From assembly GCF_009914755.1 (NCBI RefSeq), contig NC_060948.1: DNA of 64,000 bases. One strand, given 5' to 3'. The notes under the pieces are model-generated. The model did no database searches. It saw nothing but the letters and a program-made list of their open reading frames with translations, and was not told the DNA's origin. Within the stretch, counting starts at the first letter, position 1. The number at the start of each line of letters is the position of its first letter. The position numbers and the translations under genes are program-made. Positions 42,701 to 57,700 of this stretch are shown one piece after another. The stretch comes from the human T2T-CHM13v2.0 reference genome, Homo sapiens.

Positions 42701-45700
42701 TTCTCTTCTACTGCATACAATTTCACTCCATTCGTTCCCATTCCATTCAATTCCATTCCATTCAATTCCATTCCATTTGTTTCCATTCTCTTCGATTCCA
42801 TTTCTTTATATTCCATGCCATTCGATTACATTCTATTGGATTGCATTACATTCGTGTTCATTCCATTCCAGACCATTCCATTTGACTCCATTCCTTTCGA
42901 GCCCTTTCAATTTGAGTCCATTCCTTTCCAGTCCATTTCACTCCAGTCCATTACTATCCATTCCATACCATTCCATCCCATTCCAATCCATTCCATTCCA
43001 TTCCATAACATTCCATTCCATTCCATTGCATTCCATTCCATTCCATTCCATTGCACTGCACTCCATTCCATTACATTCTACTCTATCTGAGTCGGTTTTA
43101 TTGCATTAGATTCTATTCCATTGGATTACTTTCCATTCGATTACATTCCATTCATGTACATTCCATTCCAGTCAATTACATTCGAGTTCATTACATTACA
43201 TTCCAGTATATTCCATTGTATTCGATCCCATTCCTTTCAATTCCATTTCATTCGACTCCATTATATTCGATTCCATTCCACTCGAATCCATTCCATTAGA
43301 GGACATTCCATTCCAATGCATTCCATTCCATTCCATAGCATTCCATTGCATTCGATTCCATTCCATTTGATGCCATTCCATTTGATGCCATTCCATGACA
43401 TTCCATTCCATTCGAGTCCGTTCCGTTCCAATTCATTCCATTCCGTTTCATGAAATTCGAGTCCTTTCCAGTACATTTCATTCCAATCCCATCCAATCCA
43501 ATCTACTCCATTCAATTCCTTTCCATTCCATTTGATTAGATTCCATTGGTTTGATTCCATTCAGTTTGATTCCATTCCGTGAAATTTCGTTCCATTCTAT
43601 TCCATTGCATTACTTTCCATTCAATTCCATTCCATTTCATTTCAGTCCATTCGCTTCCTTTCCTTTCGATTCAATTCCATTTGATTCCACTCCATTCTAT
43701 GCGATTTCATTCCAATCGATTCAATTCCATTCGATGACATTCCTTTCGTTTCCATTCCATTCGAGTCCATTCAATTTGAGCATTCGTGTCCATTCTATTC
43801 GAGTCCATTCCATTACCGTCTATTCTATTCCCTTCCATTCCTGTTGATTCAATTTCATTCCCTTCCATTCGATTCCTTTCCATTCGATTCCATTCCTTTC
43901 CATTCCATTCCATTCGTTCCCATTCCATGTGATTTCATTCCATTCCAGTCCATTATATTCGAGTGCACTCCACTCCATTCTATTACATTCAATTCCTTTT
44001 GAGTCCGTTCCATAACACTCCATTCATTTCGATTCCATTTCTTGCCAGTTTTCTTCCATTTTATTCCATTCCGTTCGATTCCATTCCATTCGATTGCATT
44101 CCATTCGAATCCTTTCCATTCCATTTCATTCCATTCCTTTCTATTCCATTCCATTTCATTCGATTTGATTCCATTCTGTTCTATTCCATTCAATTCTTTT
44201 TCATTCCATTCGAATCCTTTCTATTGCAGTCCATTCCATTCGAGTCCATTCCAATCCCTTCCATTCCATTCCATTACAGTCCATTCCAATAGATTCCATT
44301 CCTTTGCCTTCCATTCGAATCCATTCCATTCTAGTCCATTCCATTTGAGTCAATTCCATTCCATTCCATTCTATTCCTTTCCAATCCATTCGATTCCATT
44401 CGATTCAATTCCATTTGATTCTCTTTCATTCTATTTTATTCCATGCCATTTGATTGCATTGCATTCCATTCCGTTTGATTCCAGTCCATTCAAGAAAGTT
44501 CTATTCCAGTCCATTGCTTTCCAGTCCATTCCATTCCACTCTAGTCTATTCCACTCCATTCCTTTCCATTCCATTCCATACTATTCCATTCCATTCCTTT
44601 GCATTCCGTTTCCAATCTATTCGAGTCCATTTCATTCCAGTCCAATCCATTCCATTACATTCCTTTTGATTCCCTGCCAGTCGATTGCATTGCATACTAG
44701 ACCATTCCAAACGAGTCCATTCCATTCTATCTCAACACTTTCCATTCCACTCTGTTCGAGTCCATTCCATTCCAGTCCATTTAATTCAAGGGCATTCCAT
44801 TCCATTCCATTCCATTCCATTTCATATTATTCCATTCCATTCAATTCCATTCCAGATGATTCCATTCCATTCTATACCATTGCTCTCTGTTCCATTCCAT
44901 TCCATCTGTCTCCATTCCTTTCGTTTCGATTCCTTTCCATTCCATTCCATTACATTTGATCCTATTTTATTAAATTGCATTCTATTCGAGTGATTTCCAT
45001 TCGAGTCCTTTCCATTCGATTCCATTCCATTCTATTCCATTCCTTTGGATTCCATTCCATTCCGTTCCGTTCACATCAATTCCTTGCGATTCCATTACAT
45101 TCGATTTCTTGCCATTCGATTCCATTCCTTTTGACTCCATTTCATTCGATTCCATTCCATTCCATTAATTTCCATTCCATTCGAGACCTTTCCATTGCAG
45201 TCTTTTCCCTTTGAGTCCATTCCGTTCGATTCCCTTCCATTCGATTCCATTCCATTGGAGTCCGTACCAGTCGAGTCCATTCTATTCCAGTCCATTAGTT
45301 TCGACTCCATTGCATTCGAGTGCATTCCATTCCGTGGCTGTCCATTCCATTCCGTTTGATGCCATTCCATACGATTCCATTCAATTCGAGACCATTCTAT
45401 TCCTGTCCATTCCTTGTGGTTCGATTCCATTTCACTCTAGTCCATTCCATTCCATTCAATTCCATTCGACTCTATTCCGTTCCATTCAATTCCATTCCAT
45501 TCGATTCCATTGTTTTCGAGAACCTTCCATTACACTCCCTTCCATTCCAGTGCATTCCATTCCAGTCTCTTCAGTTCGATTCCATTCCATTCGATTCTAT
45601 TCCTTTCCATTCCAGCCCATTCCATTCCATTGCATTCCTTTCCTTTCCGTTTCATTAGATTCCATTGCATTCGATTCCATTCAATTCAATTCCGTGCTAT

Positions 45701-48700
45701 TCAATTTGATTCATTTCCATTTAATTCCATTCCATTAGATTCCATTCCGTACGATTCCATTCCTTTTGAATCCATTCCATTGGAGTCCATTCACTTCCAG
45801 AACATTCCATTCCAGTCGAATCCATTCGAGTACATTCCATTAAAGTTCATTACATTCTAATACATTCCATTCCATTGCATTCCATTCCATTCCATTCGAT
45901 GCCATTCGATTGCATTCCATGCCAAATCATTGCATTCCTTTCCATTCCGTTCCTATCAATTCCATTCCATTCGATTTAGTTCGATTCTATTCACTTCCAT
46001 TCCATTCGATTCCATTCCATTGGAGTCAATTCCTTTCGACACCCAGCCTTTCCAGTCAATGATTTTGGATTCCATTTTTTTGCATTCCATTACATTCTAT
46101 GACATTCGATTCCGTTTCATTGCATTCCATTCCATACATTTTTATTCCATTCGAGACCGTAGCATTCCACTTTATTCCAGGCCTGTCCATTACACTACAT
46201 TCCCTTCCATTCCAATGAATTCCATTCCATTCCAATCCATTCCTTTCCTTTCGCTTGCATTCCATTCTATTCTCTTCTACTGCATACAATTTCACTCCAT
46301 TCGTTCCCATTCCATTCAATTCCATTCCATTCAATTCCATTCCATTTGTTTCCATTCTCTTCGATTCCATTTCTTTATATTCCATGCCATTCGATTCCAT
46401 TCTATTGGATTGCATTACATTCGTGTTCATTCCATTCCAGACCATTCCATTTGACTCCATTCCTTTCGAGCCCTTTCAATTTGAGTCCATTCCTTTCCAG
46501 TCCATTTCACTCCAGTCCATTACTATCCATTCCATACCATTCCATCCCATTCCAATCCATTCCATTCCATTCCATAACATTCCATTCCATTCCATTGCAT
46601 TCCATTCCATTCCATTCCATTGCACTGCACTCCATTCCATTACATTCTACTCTATTTGAGTCGATTTTATTGCATTAGTTTCTATTCCATTGGATTACTT
46701 TCCATTCTATTACATTCCATTCATGTACATTCCATTCCAGTCAATTACATTCGAGTTCATTACATTACATTCCAGTATATTCCATTGTATTCGATCCCAT
46801 TCTTTTCAATTCCATTTCATTCGACTCCATTATATTCGATTCCATTCCACTCGAATCCATTCCATTAGAGGACATTCCATTCCAATGCATTCCATTCCAT
46901 TCCATAGCATTCCATTGCATTCGATTCCATTCCATTTGATGCCATTCCATTTGATGCCATTCCATGACATTCCATTCCATTCGAGTCCATTCCGTTCCAA
47001 TTCATTCCATTCCGTTTCATGAAATTCGAGTCCTTTCCAGTACATTTCATTCCAATCCCATCCAATCCAATCTACTCCATTCAATTCCTTTCCATTCCAT
47101 TTGATTAGATTCCATTGATTTGATTCCATTCAGTTTGATTCCATTCCGTGAAATTTCGTTCCATTCTATTCCATTGCATTACTTTCCATTCAATTCCATT
47201 CCATTTCATTTCAGTCCATTCGCTTCCTTTCCTTTCGATTCAATTCCATTTGATTCCACTCCATTCTATGCGATTTCATTCCAATCGATTCAATTCCATT
47301 CGATGACATTCCTTTCGTTTCCATTCCATTCGAGTCCATTCAATTTGAGCATTCGTGTCCATTCTATTCGAGTCCATTCCATTACCGTCTATTCTATTCC
47401 CTTCCATTCCTGTTGATTCAATTTCATTCCCCTCCATTCGATTCCTTTCCATTCGATTCCATTCCTTTCCATTCCATTCCATTCGTTCCCATTCCATGTG
47501 ATTTCATTCCTTTCCAGTCCATTATATTAGAGTCCACTCCAGTCCATTCTATTACATTCAATTCCTTTTGACTCCGTTCCATAACACTCCATTCATTTCG
47601 ATTCCATTTCTTGCCAGTTTTCTTCCATTTTATTCCATTCCGTTCGATTCCATTCCATTCGATTGCATTCCATTCGAATCCTTTCCATTCCATTTCATTC
47701 CATTCCTTTCTATTCCATTCCATTTCATTCGATTTGATTCCATTCTGTTCTATTCCATTCAATTCTTTTTCATTCCATTCGAATCCTTTCTATTGCAGTC
47801 CATTCCATTCGAGTCCATTCCAATCCCTTCCATTCCATTCCATTACAGTCCATTCCAATAGATTCCATTCCTTTGCCTTCCATTCGAATCCATTCCATTC
47901 TAGTCCATTCCATTTGAGTCAATTCCATTCCATTCCATTCTATTCCTTTCCAATCCATTCGATTCCATTCCATTCAATTCCATTTGATTCTCTTTCATTC
48001 TATTTTATTCCATGCCATTTGATTGCATTGCATTCCATTCCGTTTGATTCCAGTCCATTCAAGAAAGTTCCATTCCTGTCTATTGCTTTCCAGTCCATTC
48101 CATTCCACTCTAGTCTATTCCACTCCATTCCTTTCCATTCCATTCCATACTATTCCATTCCATTCCTTTGCATTCCGTTTCCAATCTATTCGAGTCCATT
48201 GCATTCCAGTCCAATCCATTCCATTACATTCCTTTTGATTCCCTGCCAGTCGATTGCATTGCATACTAGACCATTCCAAACGAGTCCATTCCATTCTATC
48301 TCAACACTTTCCATTCCACTCTGTTCGAGTCCATTCCATTCCAGTCCATTTAATTCAAGGGCATTCCATTCCATTCCATTCCATTCCATTTCATATTATT
48401 CCATTCCATTCAATTCCATTCCAGATGATTCCATTCCATTCTATACCATTGCTCTCTGTTCCATTCCATTCCATCTGTCTCCATTCCTTTCGTTTCGATT
48501 CCTTTCCATTCCATTCCATTACATTTGATCCTATTTTATTAAATTGCATTCTATTCGAGTGATTTCCATTCGAGTCCTTTCCATTCGATTCCATTCCATT
48601 CTATTCCATTCCTTTGGATTCCATTCCATTCCGTTCCATTCACATCAATTCCTTGCGATTCCATTACATTCGATTTCTTGCCATTCGATTCCATTCCTTT

Positions 48701-51700
48701 TGACTCCATTTCATTCAATTCCATTCCATTCCATTAATTTCCATTCCATTCGAGACCTTTCCATTGCAGTCTTTTCCCTTCGAGTCCATTCCATTCGATT
48801 CCCTTCCATTCGATTCCATTCCATTGGAGTCCGTACCAGTCGAATCCATTCTATTCCAGTCCATTAGTTTCGACTCCATTGCATTCGAGTGCATTCCATT
48901 CCGTGGCTGTCCATTCCATTCCGTTTGATGCCATTCCATACGATTCCATTCAATTCGAGACCATTCTATTCCTCTCCATTCCTTGTGGTTCGATTCCATT
49001 TCACTCTAGTCCATTCCATTCCATTCAATTCCATTCGACTCTATTCCGTTCCATTCAATTCCATTCCATTCGATTCCATTTCTTTCAAGAACCTTCCATT
49101 ACACTCCCTTCCATTCCAGTGCATTCCATTCCAGTCTCTTCAGTTCGATTCCATTCCATTCGTTTCGATTCCTTTCCATTCCAGCCCATTCCATTCCATT
49201 CCATTCCTTTCCTTTCCGTTTCATTAGATTCCATTGCATTCGATTCCATTCAATTCAATTCCGTGCTATTCAATTTGATTCATTTCCATTTAATTCCATT
49301 CCATTAGATTCCATTCCGTACGATTCCATTACTTTTGAATCCATTCCATTGGAGTCCATTCACTTCCAGAACATTCCATTCCAGTCGAATCCATTCGAGT
49401 ACATTCCATTAAAGTTCATTACATTCTAATACATTCCATTCCATTGCATTCCATTCCATTCCATTCGATGCCATTCGATTGCATTCCATGCCAAATCATT
49501 GCATTCCTTTCCATTCCGTTCCTATCAATTCCATTCCATTCGATTTAGTTCGATTCTATTCACTTCCATTCCATTCGATTCCATTCCATTGGAGTCAATT
49601 CCTTTCGACACCCAGCCTTTCCAGTCAATGATTTTGGATTCCATTTTTTTGCATTCCATTACATTCTATGACATTCGATTCCGTTTCATTGTATTCCATT
49701 CCATACATTTTTATTCCATTCGAGACCGTAGCATTCCACTTTATTCCAGGCCTGTCCATTACACTACATTCCCTTCCATTCCAATGAATTCCATTCCATT
49801 CTAATCCATTCCTTTCCTTTCGCTTGCATTCCATTCTATTCTCTTCTACTGCATACAATTTCACTCCATTCGTTCCCATTCCATTCAATTCCATTCCATT
49901 CAATTCCATTCCATTTGTTTCCATTCTCTTCGATTCCATTTCTTTATATTCCATGCCATTCGATTCCATTCTATTGGATTGCATTACATTCGTGTTCATT
50001 CCATTCCAGACCATTCCATTTGACTCCATTCCTTTCGAGCCCTTTCAATTTGAGTCCATTCCTTTCCAGTCCATTTCACTCCAGTCCATTACTATCCATT
50101 CCATACCATTCCATCCCATTCCAATCCTTTCCATTCCATTCCATAACATTCCATTCCATTCCATTGCATTCCATTCCATTCCATTCCATTGCACTGCACT
50201 CCATTCCATTACATTCTACTCTATTTGAGTCGATTTTATTGCATTAGATTCTATTCCATTGGATTACTTTCCATTCGATTACATTCCATTCATGTACATT
50301 CCATTCCAGTCAATTACATTCGAGTTCATTACATTACATTCCAGTATATTCCATTGTATTCGATCCCATTCTTTTCAATTCCATTTCATTCGACTCCATT
50401 ATATTCGATTCCATTCCACTCGAATCCATTCCATTAGAGGACATTCCATTCCAATGCATTCCATTCCATTCCATAGCATTCCATTGCATTCGATTCCATT
50501 CCATTTGATGCCATTCCATTTGATGCCTTTCCATGACATTCCATTCCATTCGAGTTCATTCCGTTCCAATTCATTCCATTCCGTTTCATGAAATTCGAGT
50601 CCTTTCCAGTACATTTCATTCCAATCCCATCCAATCCAATCTACTCCATTCAATTCCTTTCCATTCCATTTGATTAGATTCCATTGATTTGATTCCATTC
50701 AGTTTGATTCCATTCCGTGAAATTTCGTTCCATTCTATTCCATTGCATTACTTTCCATTCAATTCCATTCCATTTCATTTCAGTCCATTCGCTTCCTTTC
50801 CTTTCGATTCAATTCCATTTGATTCCACTCCATTCTATGCGATTTCATTCCAATCGATTCAATTCCATTCGATGACATTCCTTTCGTTTCCATTCCATTC
50901 GAGTCCATTCAATTTGAGCATTCGTGTCCATTCTATTCGAGTCCATTCCATTACCCTCTATTCTATTCCCTTCCATTCCTGTTGATTCAATTTCATTCCC
51001 TTCCATTCGATTCCTTTCCATTCGATTCCATTCCTTTCCATTCCATTCCATTCGTTCCCATTCCATGTGATTTCATTCCATTCCAGTCCATTATATTCGA
51101 GTCCACTCCACTCCATTCTATTACATTCAATTCCTTTTGAATCCGTTCCATAACACTCCATTCATTTCGATTCCATTTCTTGCCAGTTTTCTTCCATTTT
51201 ATTCCATTCCGTTCGATTCCATTCCATTCGATTGCATTCCATTCGAATCCTTTCCATTCCATTTCATTCCATTCCTTTCTATTCCATTCCATTTCATTCG
51301 ATTTGATTCCATTCTGTTCTATTCCATTCAATTCTTTTTCATTCCATTCGAATCCTTTCTATTGCAGTCCATTCCATTCGAGTCCATTCCAATCCCTTCT
51401 ATTCCATTCCATTACAGTCCATTCCAATAGATTCCATTCCTTTGCCTTCCATTCGAATCCATTCCATTCTAGTCCATTCCATTTGAGTCAATTCCATTCC
51501 ATTCCATTCTATTCCTTTCCAATCCATTCGATTCCATTCGATTCAATTCCATTTGATTCTCTTTCATTCTATTTTATTCCATGCCATTTGATTGCATTGC
51601 ATTCCATTCCGTTTGATTCCAGTCCATTCAAGAAAGTTCCATTCCAGTCTATTGCTTTCCAGTCCATTCCATTCCACTCTAGTCTATTCCACTCCATTCC

Positions 51701-54700
51701 TTTCCATTCCATTCCATTCCTTTGCATTCCGTTTCCAATCTATTCGAGTCCATTGCATTCCAGTCCAATCCATTCCATTACATTCCTTTTGATTCCCTGC
51801 CAGTCGATTGCATTGCATACTAGACCATTCCAAACGAGTCCATTCCATTCTATCTCAACACTTTCCATTCCACTCTGTTCGAGTCCATTCCATTCCAGTC
51901 CATTTAATTCAAGGGCATTCCATTCCATTCCATTCCATTCCATTTCATATTATTCCATTCCATTCAATTCCATTCCAGATGATTCCATTCCATTCTATAC
52001 CATTGCTCTCTGTTCCATTCCATTCCATCTGTCTCCATTCCTTTCGTTTCGATTCCTTTCCATTCCATTCCATTACATTTGATCCTATTTTATTAAATTG
52101 CATTCTATTCGAGTGATTTCCATTCGAGTCCTTTCCATTCGATTCCATTCCATTCTATTCCATTCCTTTGGATTCCATTCCATTCCGTTCCGTTCACATC
52201 AATTCCTTGCGATTCCATTACATTCGATTTCTTGCCATTCGATTCCATTCCTTTTGACTCCATTTCATTCGATTCCATTCCATTCCATTAATTTCCATTC
52301 CATTCGAGACCTTTCCATTGCAGTCTTTTCCCTATGAGTCCATTCCGTTCGATTCCCTTCCATTCGATTCCATTCCATTGGAGTCCGTACCAGTCGAGTC
52401 CATTCTATTCCAGTCCATTAGTTTCGACTCCATTGCATTCGAGTGCATTCCATTCCGTGGCTGTCCATTCCATTCCGTTTGATGCCATTCCATACGATTC
52501 CATTCAATTCGAGACCATTCTATTCCTGTCCATTCCTTGTGGTTCGATTCCATTTCACTCTAGTCCATTCCATTCCATTCAATTCCATTCGACTCTATTC
52601 CGTTCCATTCAATTCCATTCCATTCGATTCCATTTTTTTCGAGAACCTTCCATTACACTCCCTTCCATTCCAGTGCATTCCATTCCAGTCTCTTCAGTTC
52701 GATTCCATTCCATTCGTTTCGATTCCTTTCCATTCCAGCCCATTCCATTCCATTCCATTCCTTTCCTTTCCGTTTCATTAGATTCCATTGCATTCCATTC
52801 CATTCAATTCAATTCCGTGCTATTCAATTTGATTCATTTCCATTTAATTCCATTCCATTAGATTCCATTCCGTACGATTCCATTCCTTTTGAATCCATTC
52901 CATTGGAGTCCATTCACTTCCACAACATTCCATTCCAGTCGAATCCATTCGAGTACATTCCATTAAAGTTCATTACATTCTAATACATTCCATTCCATTG
53001 CATTCCATTCCATTCCATTCGATGCCATTCGATTGCATTCCATGCCAAATCATTGCATTCCTTTCCATTCCGTTCCTATCAATTCCATTCCATTCGATTT
53101 AGTTCGATTCTATTCACTTCCATTCCATTCGATTCCATTCCATTGGAGTCAATTCCTTTCGACACCCAGCCTTTCCAGTCAATGATTTTGGATTCCATTT
53201 TTTGCATTCCATTACATTCTATGACATTCGATTCCGTTTCATTGCATTCCATTCCATACATTTTTATTCCATTCGAGACCGTAGCATTCCACTTTATTCC
53301 AGGCCTGTCCATTACACTACATTCCCTTCCATTCCAATGAATTCCATTCCATTCCAATCCATTCCTTTCCTTTCGCTTGCATTCCATTCTATTCTCTTCT
53401 ACTGCATACAATTTCACTCCATTCGTTCCCATTCCATTCAATTCCATTCCATTCAATTCCATTCCATTTGTTTCCATTCTCTTCGATTCCATTTCTTTAT
53501 ATTCCATGCCATTCGATTACATTCTATTGGATTGCATTACATTCGTGTTCATTCCATTCCAGACCATTCCATTTGACTCCATTCCTTTCGAGCCCTTTCA
53601 ATTTGAGTCCATTCCTTTCCAGTCCATTTCACTCCAGTCCATTACTATCCATTCCATACCATTCCATCCCATTCCAATCCATTCCATTCCATTCCATAAC
53701 ATTCCATTCCATTCCATTGCATTCCATTCCATTCCATTCCATTGCACTGCACTCCATTCCATTACATTCTACTCTATTTGAGTCGATTTTATTGCATTAG
53801 TTTCTATTCCATTGGATTACTTTCCATTCGATTACATTCCATTCATGTACATTCCATTCCAGTCAATTACATTCGAGTTCATTACATTACATTCCAGTAT
53901 ATTCCATTGTATTCGATCCCATTCTTTTCAATTCCATTTCATTCGACTCCATTATATTCGATTCCATTCCACTCGAATCCATTCCATTAGAGGACATTCC
54001 ATTCCAATGCATTCCATTCCATTCCATAGCATTCCATTGCATTCGATTCCATTCCATTTGATGCCATTCCATTTGATGCCATTCCATGACATTCCATTCC
54101 ATTCGAGTCCATTCCGTTCCAATTCATTCCATTCCGTTTCATGAAATTCGAGTCCTTTCCAGTACATTTCATTCCAATCCCATCCAATCCAATCTACTCC
54201 ATTCAATTCCTTTCCATTCCATTTGATTAGATTCCGTTGATTTGATTCCATTCAGTTTGATTCCATTCCGTGAAATTTCGTTCCATTCTATTCCATTGCA
54301 TTACTTTCCATTCAATTCCATTCCATTTCATTTCAGTCCATTCGCTTCCTTTCCTTTCGATTCAATTCCATTTGATTCCACTCCATTCTATGTGATTTCA
54401 TTCCAATCGATTCAATTCCATTCGATGACATTCCTTTCGTTTCCATTCCATTCGAGTCCATTCAATTTGAGCATTCGTGTCCATTCTATTCGAGTCCATT
54501 CCATTACCGTCTATTCTATTCCCTTCCATTCCTGTTGATTCAATTGCATTCCCTTCCATTCGATTCCTTTCCATTCGATTCCATTCCTTTCCATTCCATT
54601 CCATTCGTTCCCATTCCATGTGATTTCATTCCATTCCAGTCCATTATATTCGAGTCCACTCCACTCCATTCTATTACATTCAATTCCTTTTGAGTCCGTT

Positions 54701-57700
54701 CCATAACACTCCATTCATTTCGATTCCATTTCTTGCCAGTTTTCTTCCATTTTATTCCATTCCGTTCGATTCCATTCCATTCGATTGCATTCCATTCGAA
54801 TCCTTTCCATTCCATTTCATTCCATTCCTTTCTATTCCATTCCATTTCATTCGATTTGATTCCATTCTGTTCTATTCCATTCAATTCTTTTTCATTCCAT
54901 TCGAATCCTTTCTATTGCAGTCCATTCCATGCGAGTCCATTCCAATCCCTTCCATTCCATTCCATTACAGTCCATTCCAATAGATTCCATTCCTTTGCCT
55001 TCCATTCGAATCCATTCCATTCTAGTCCATTCCATTTGAGTCAATTCCATTCCATTCCATTCTATTCCTTTCCAATCCATTCGATTCCATTCGATTCAAT
55101 TCCATTTGATTCTCTTTCATTCTATTTTATTCCATGCATTTGATTGCATTGCATTCCATTCCGTTTGATTCCAGTCCATTCAAGAAAGTTCCATTCCAGT
55201 CTATTGCTTTCCAGTCCATTCCATTCCACTCTAGTCTATTCCACTCCATTCCTTTCCATTCCATTCCATACTATTCCATTCCATTCCTTTGCATTCCGTT
55301 TCCAATCTATTCGAGTCCATTGCATTACAGTCCAATCCATTCCATTACATTCCTTTTGATTCCCTGCCAGTCGATTGCATTGCATACTAGACCATTCCAA
55401 ACGAGTCCATTCCATTCTATCTCAACACTTTCCATTCCACTCTGTTCGAGTCCATTCCATTCCAGTCCATTTAATTCAAGGGCATTCCATTCCATTCCAT
55501 TCCATTCCATTTCATATTATTCCATTCCATTCAATTCCATTCCAGATGATTCCATTCCATTCTATACCATTGCTCTCTGTTCCATTCCATTCCATCTGTC
55601 TCCATTCCTTTCGTTTCGATTCCTTTCCATTCCATTCCATTACATTTGATCCTATTTTATTAAATTGCATTCTATTCGAGTGATTTCCATTCGAGTCCTT
55701 TCCATTCGATTCCATTCCATTCTATTCCATTCCTTTGGATTCCATTCCATTCCGTTCCGTTCACATTAATTCCTTGCGATTCCATTACATTCGATTTCTT
55801 GCCATTCGATTCCATTCCTTTTGACTCCATTTCATTCGATTCCATTCCATTCCATTAATTTCCATTCCATTCGAGACCTTTCCATTGCAGTCTTTTCCCT
55901 TCGAGTCCATTCCGTTCGATTCCCTTCCATTCGATTCCATTCCATTGGAGTCCGTACCAGTCGAATCCATTCTATTCCAGTCCATTAGTTTCGACTCCAT
56001 TGCATTCGAGTGCATTCCATTCCGTGGCTGTCCATTCCATTCCGTTTGATGCCATTCCATACGATTCCATTCAATTCGAGACCATTCTATTCCTGTCCAT
56101 TCCTTGTGGTTCGATTCCATTTCACTCTAGTCCATTCCATTCCATTCAATTCCATTCGACTCTATTCCGTTCCATTCAATTCCATTCCATTCGATTCCAT
56201 TTTTTTCGAGAACCTTCCATTACACTCCCTTCCATTCCATTGCATTCCATTCCAGTCTCTTCAGTTCGATTCCATTCCATTCGTTTCGATTCCTTTCCAT
56301 TCCAGCCCATTCCATTCCATTCCATTCCTTTCCTTTCCGTTTCATTAGATTCCATTGCATTCGATTCCATTCAATTCAATTCCGTGCTATTCAATTTGAT
56401 TCATTTCCATTTAATTCCATTCCATTAGATTCCATTCCGTACGATTCCATTCCTTTTGAATCCATTCCATTGGAGTCCATTCACTTCCAGAACATTCCAT
56501 TCCAGTCGAATCCATTCGAGTACATTCCATTAAAGTTCATTACATTCTAATACGTTCCATTCAATTGCATTCCATTCCATTCCATTCGATGCCATTCGAT
56601 TCCATTCCGTGCCAAATCATTGCATTCCTTTCCATTCCGTTCCTATCAATTCCATTCCATTCGATTTAGTTCGATTCTATTCACTTCCATTCCATTCGAT
56701 TCCATTCCATTGGAGTCAATTCCTTTCGACACCCAGCCTTTCCAGTCAATGATTTTGGATTCCATTTTTTTGCATTCCATTACATTCTATGACATTCGAT
56801 TCCGTTTCATTGCATTCCATTCCATACATTTTTATTCCATTCGAGACCGTAGCATTCCACTTTATTCCAGGCCTGTCCATTACACTACATTCCCTTCCAT
56901 TCCAATGAATTCCATTCCATTCCAATCCATTCCTTTCCTTTCGCTTGCATTCCATTCTATTCTCTTCTACTGCATACAATTTCACTCCATTCGTTCCCAT
57001 TCCATTCAATTCCATTCCATTTGTTTCCATTCTCTTCGATTCCATTTCTTTATATTCCATGCCATTCGATTACATTCTATTGGATTGCATTACATTCGTG
57101 TTCATTCCATTCCAGACCATTCCATTTGACTCCATTCCTTTCGAGCCCTTTCAATTTGAGTCCATTCCTTTCCAGTCCATTTCACTCCAGTCCATTACTA
57201 TCCATTCCATACCATTCCATCCCATTCCAATCCATTCCATTCCATTCCATAACATTCCATTCCATTCCATTGCATTCCATTCCATTCCATTCCATTGCAC
57301 TGCACTCCATTCCATTACATTCTACTCTATTTGAGTCGATTTTATTGCATTAGTTTCTATTCCATTGGATTACTTTCCATTCGATTACATTCCATTCATG
57401 TACATTCCATTCCAGTCAATTACATTCGAGTTCATTACATTACATTCCAGTATATTCCATTGTATTCGATCCCATTCTTTTCAATTCCATTTCATTCGAC
57501 TCCATTATATTCGATTCCATTCCACTCGAATCCATTCCATTAGAGGACATTCCATTCCAATGCATTCCATTCCATTCCATAGCATTCCATTGCATTCGAT
57601 TCCATTCCATTTGATGCCATTCCATTTGATGCCATTCCATGACATTCCATTCCATTCGAGTCCATTCCGTTCCAATTCATTCCATTCCGTTTCATGAAAT

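Noticed and set aside
32225-53205. Singleton 1-bp indels in DYZ1 (~32230 extra T, ~33585 missing C, ~53200 missing T)
   Set aside because: They sit in homopolymer runs and occur once each; they cannot be distinguished from consensus errors without reads.
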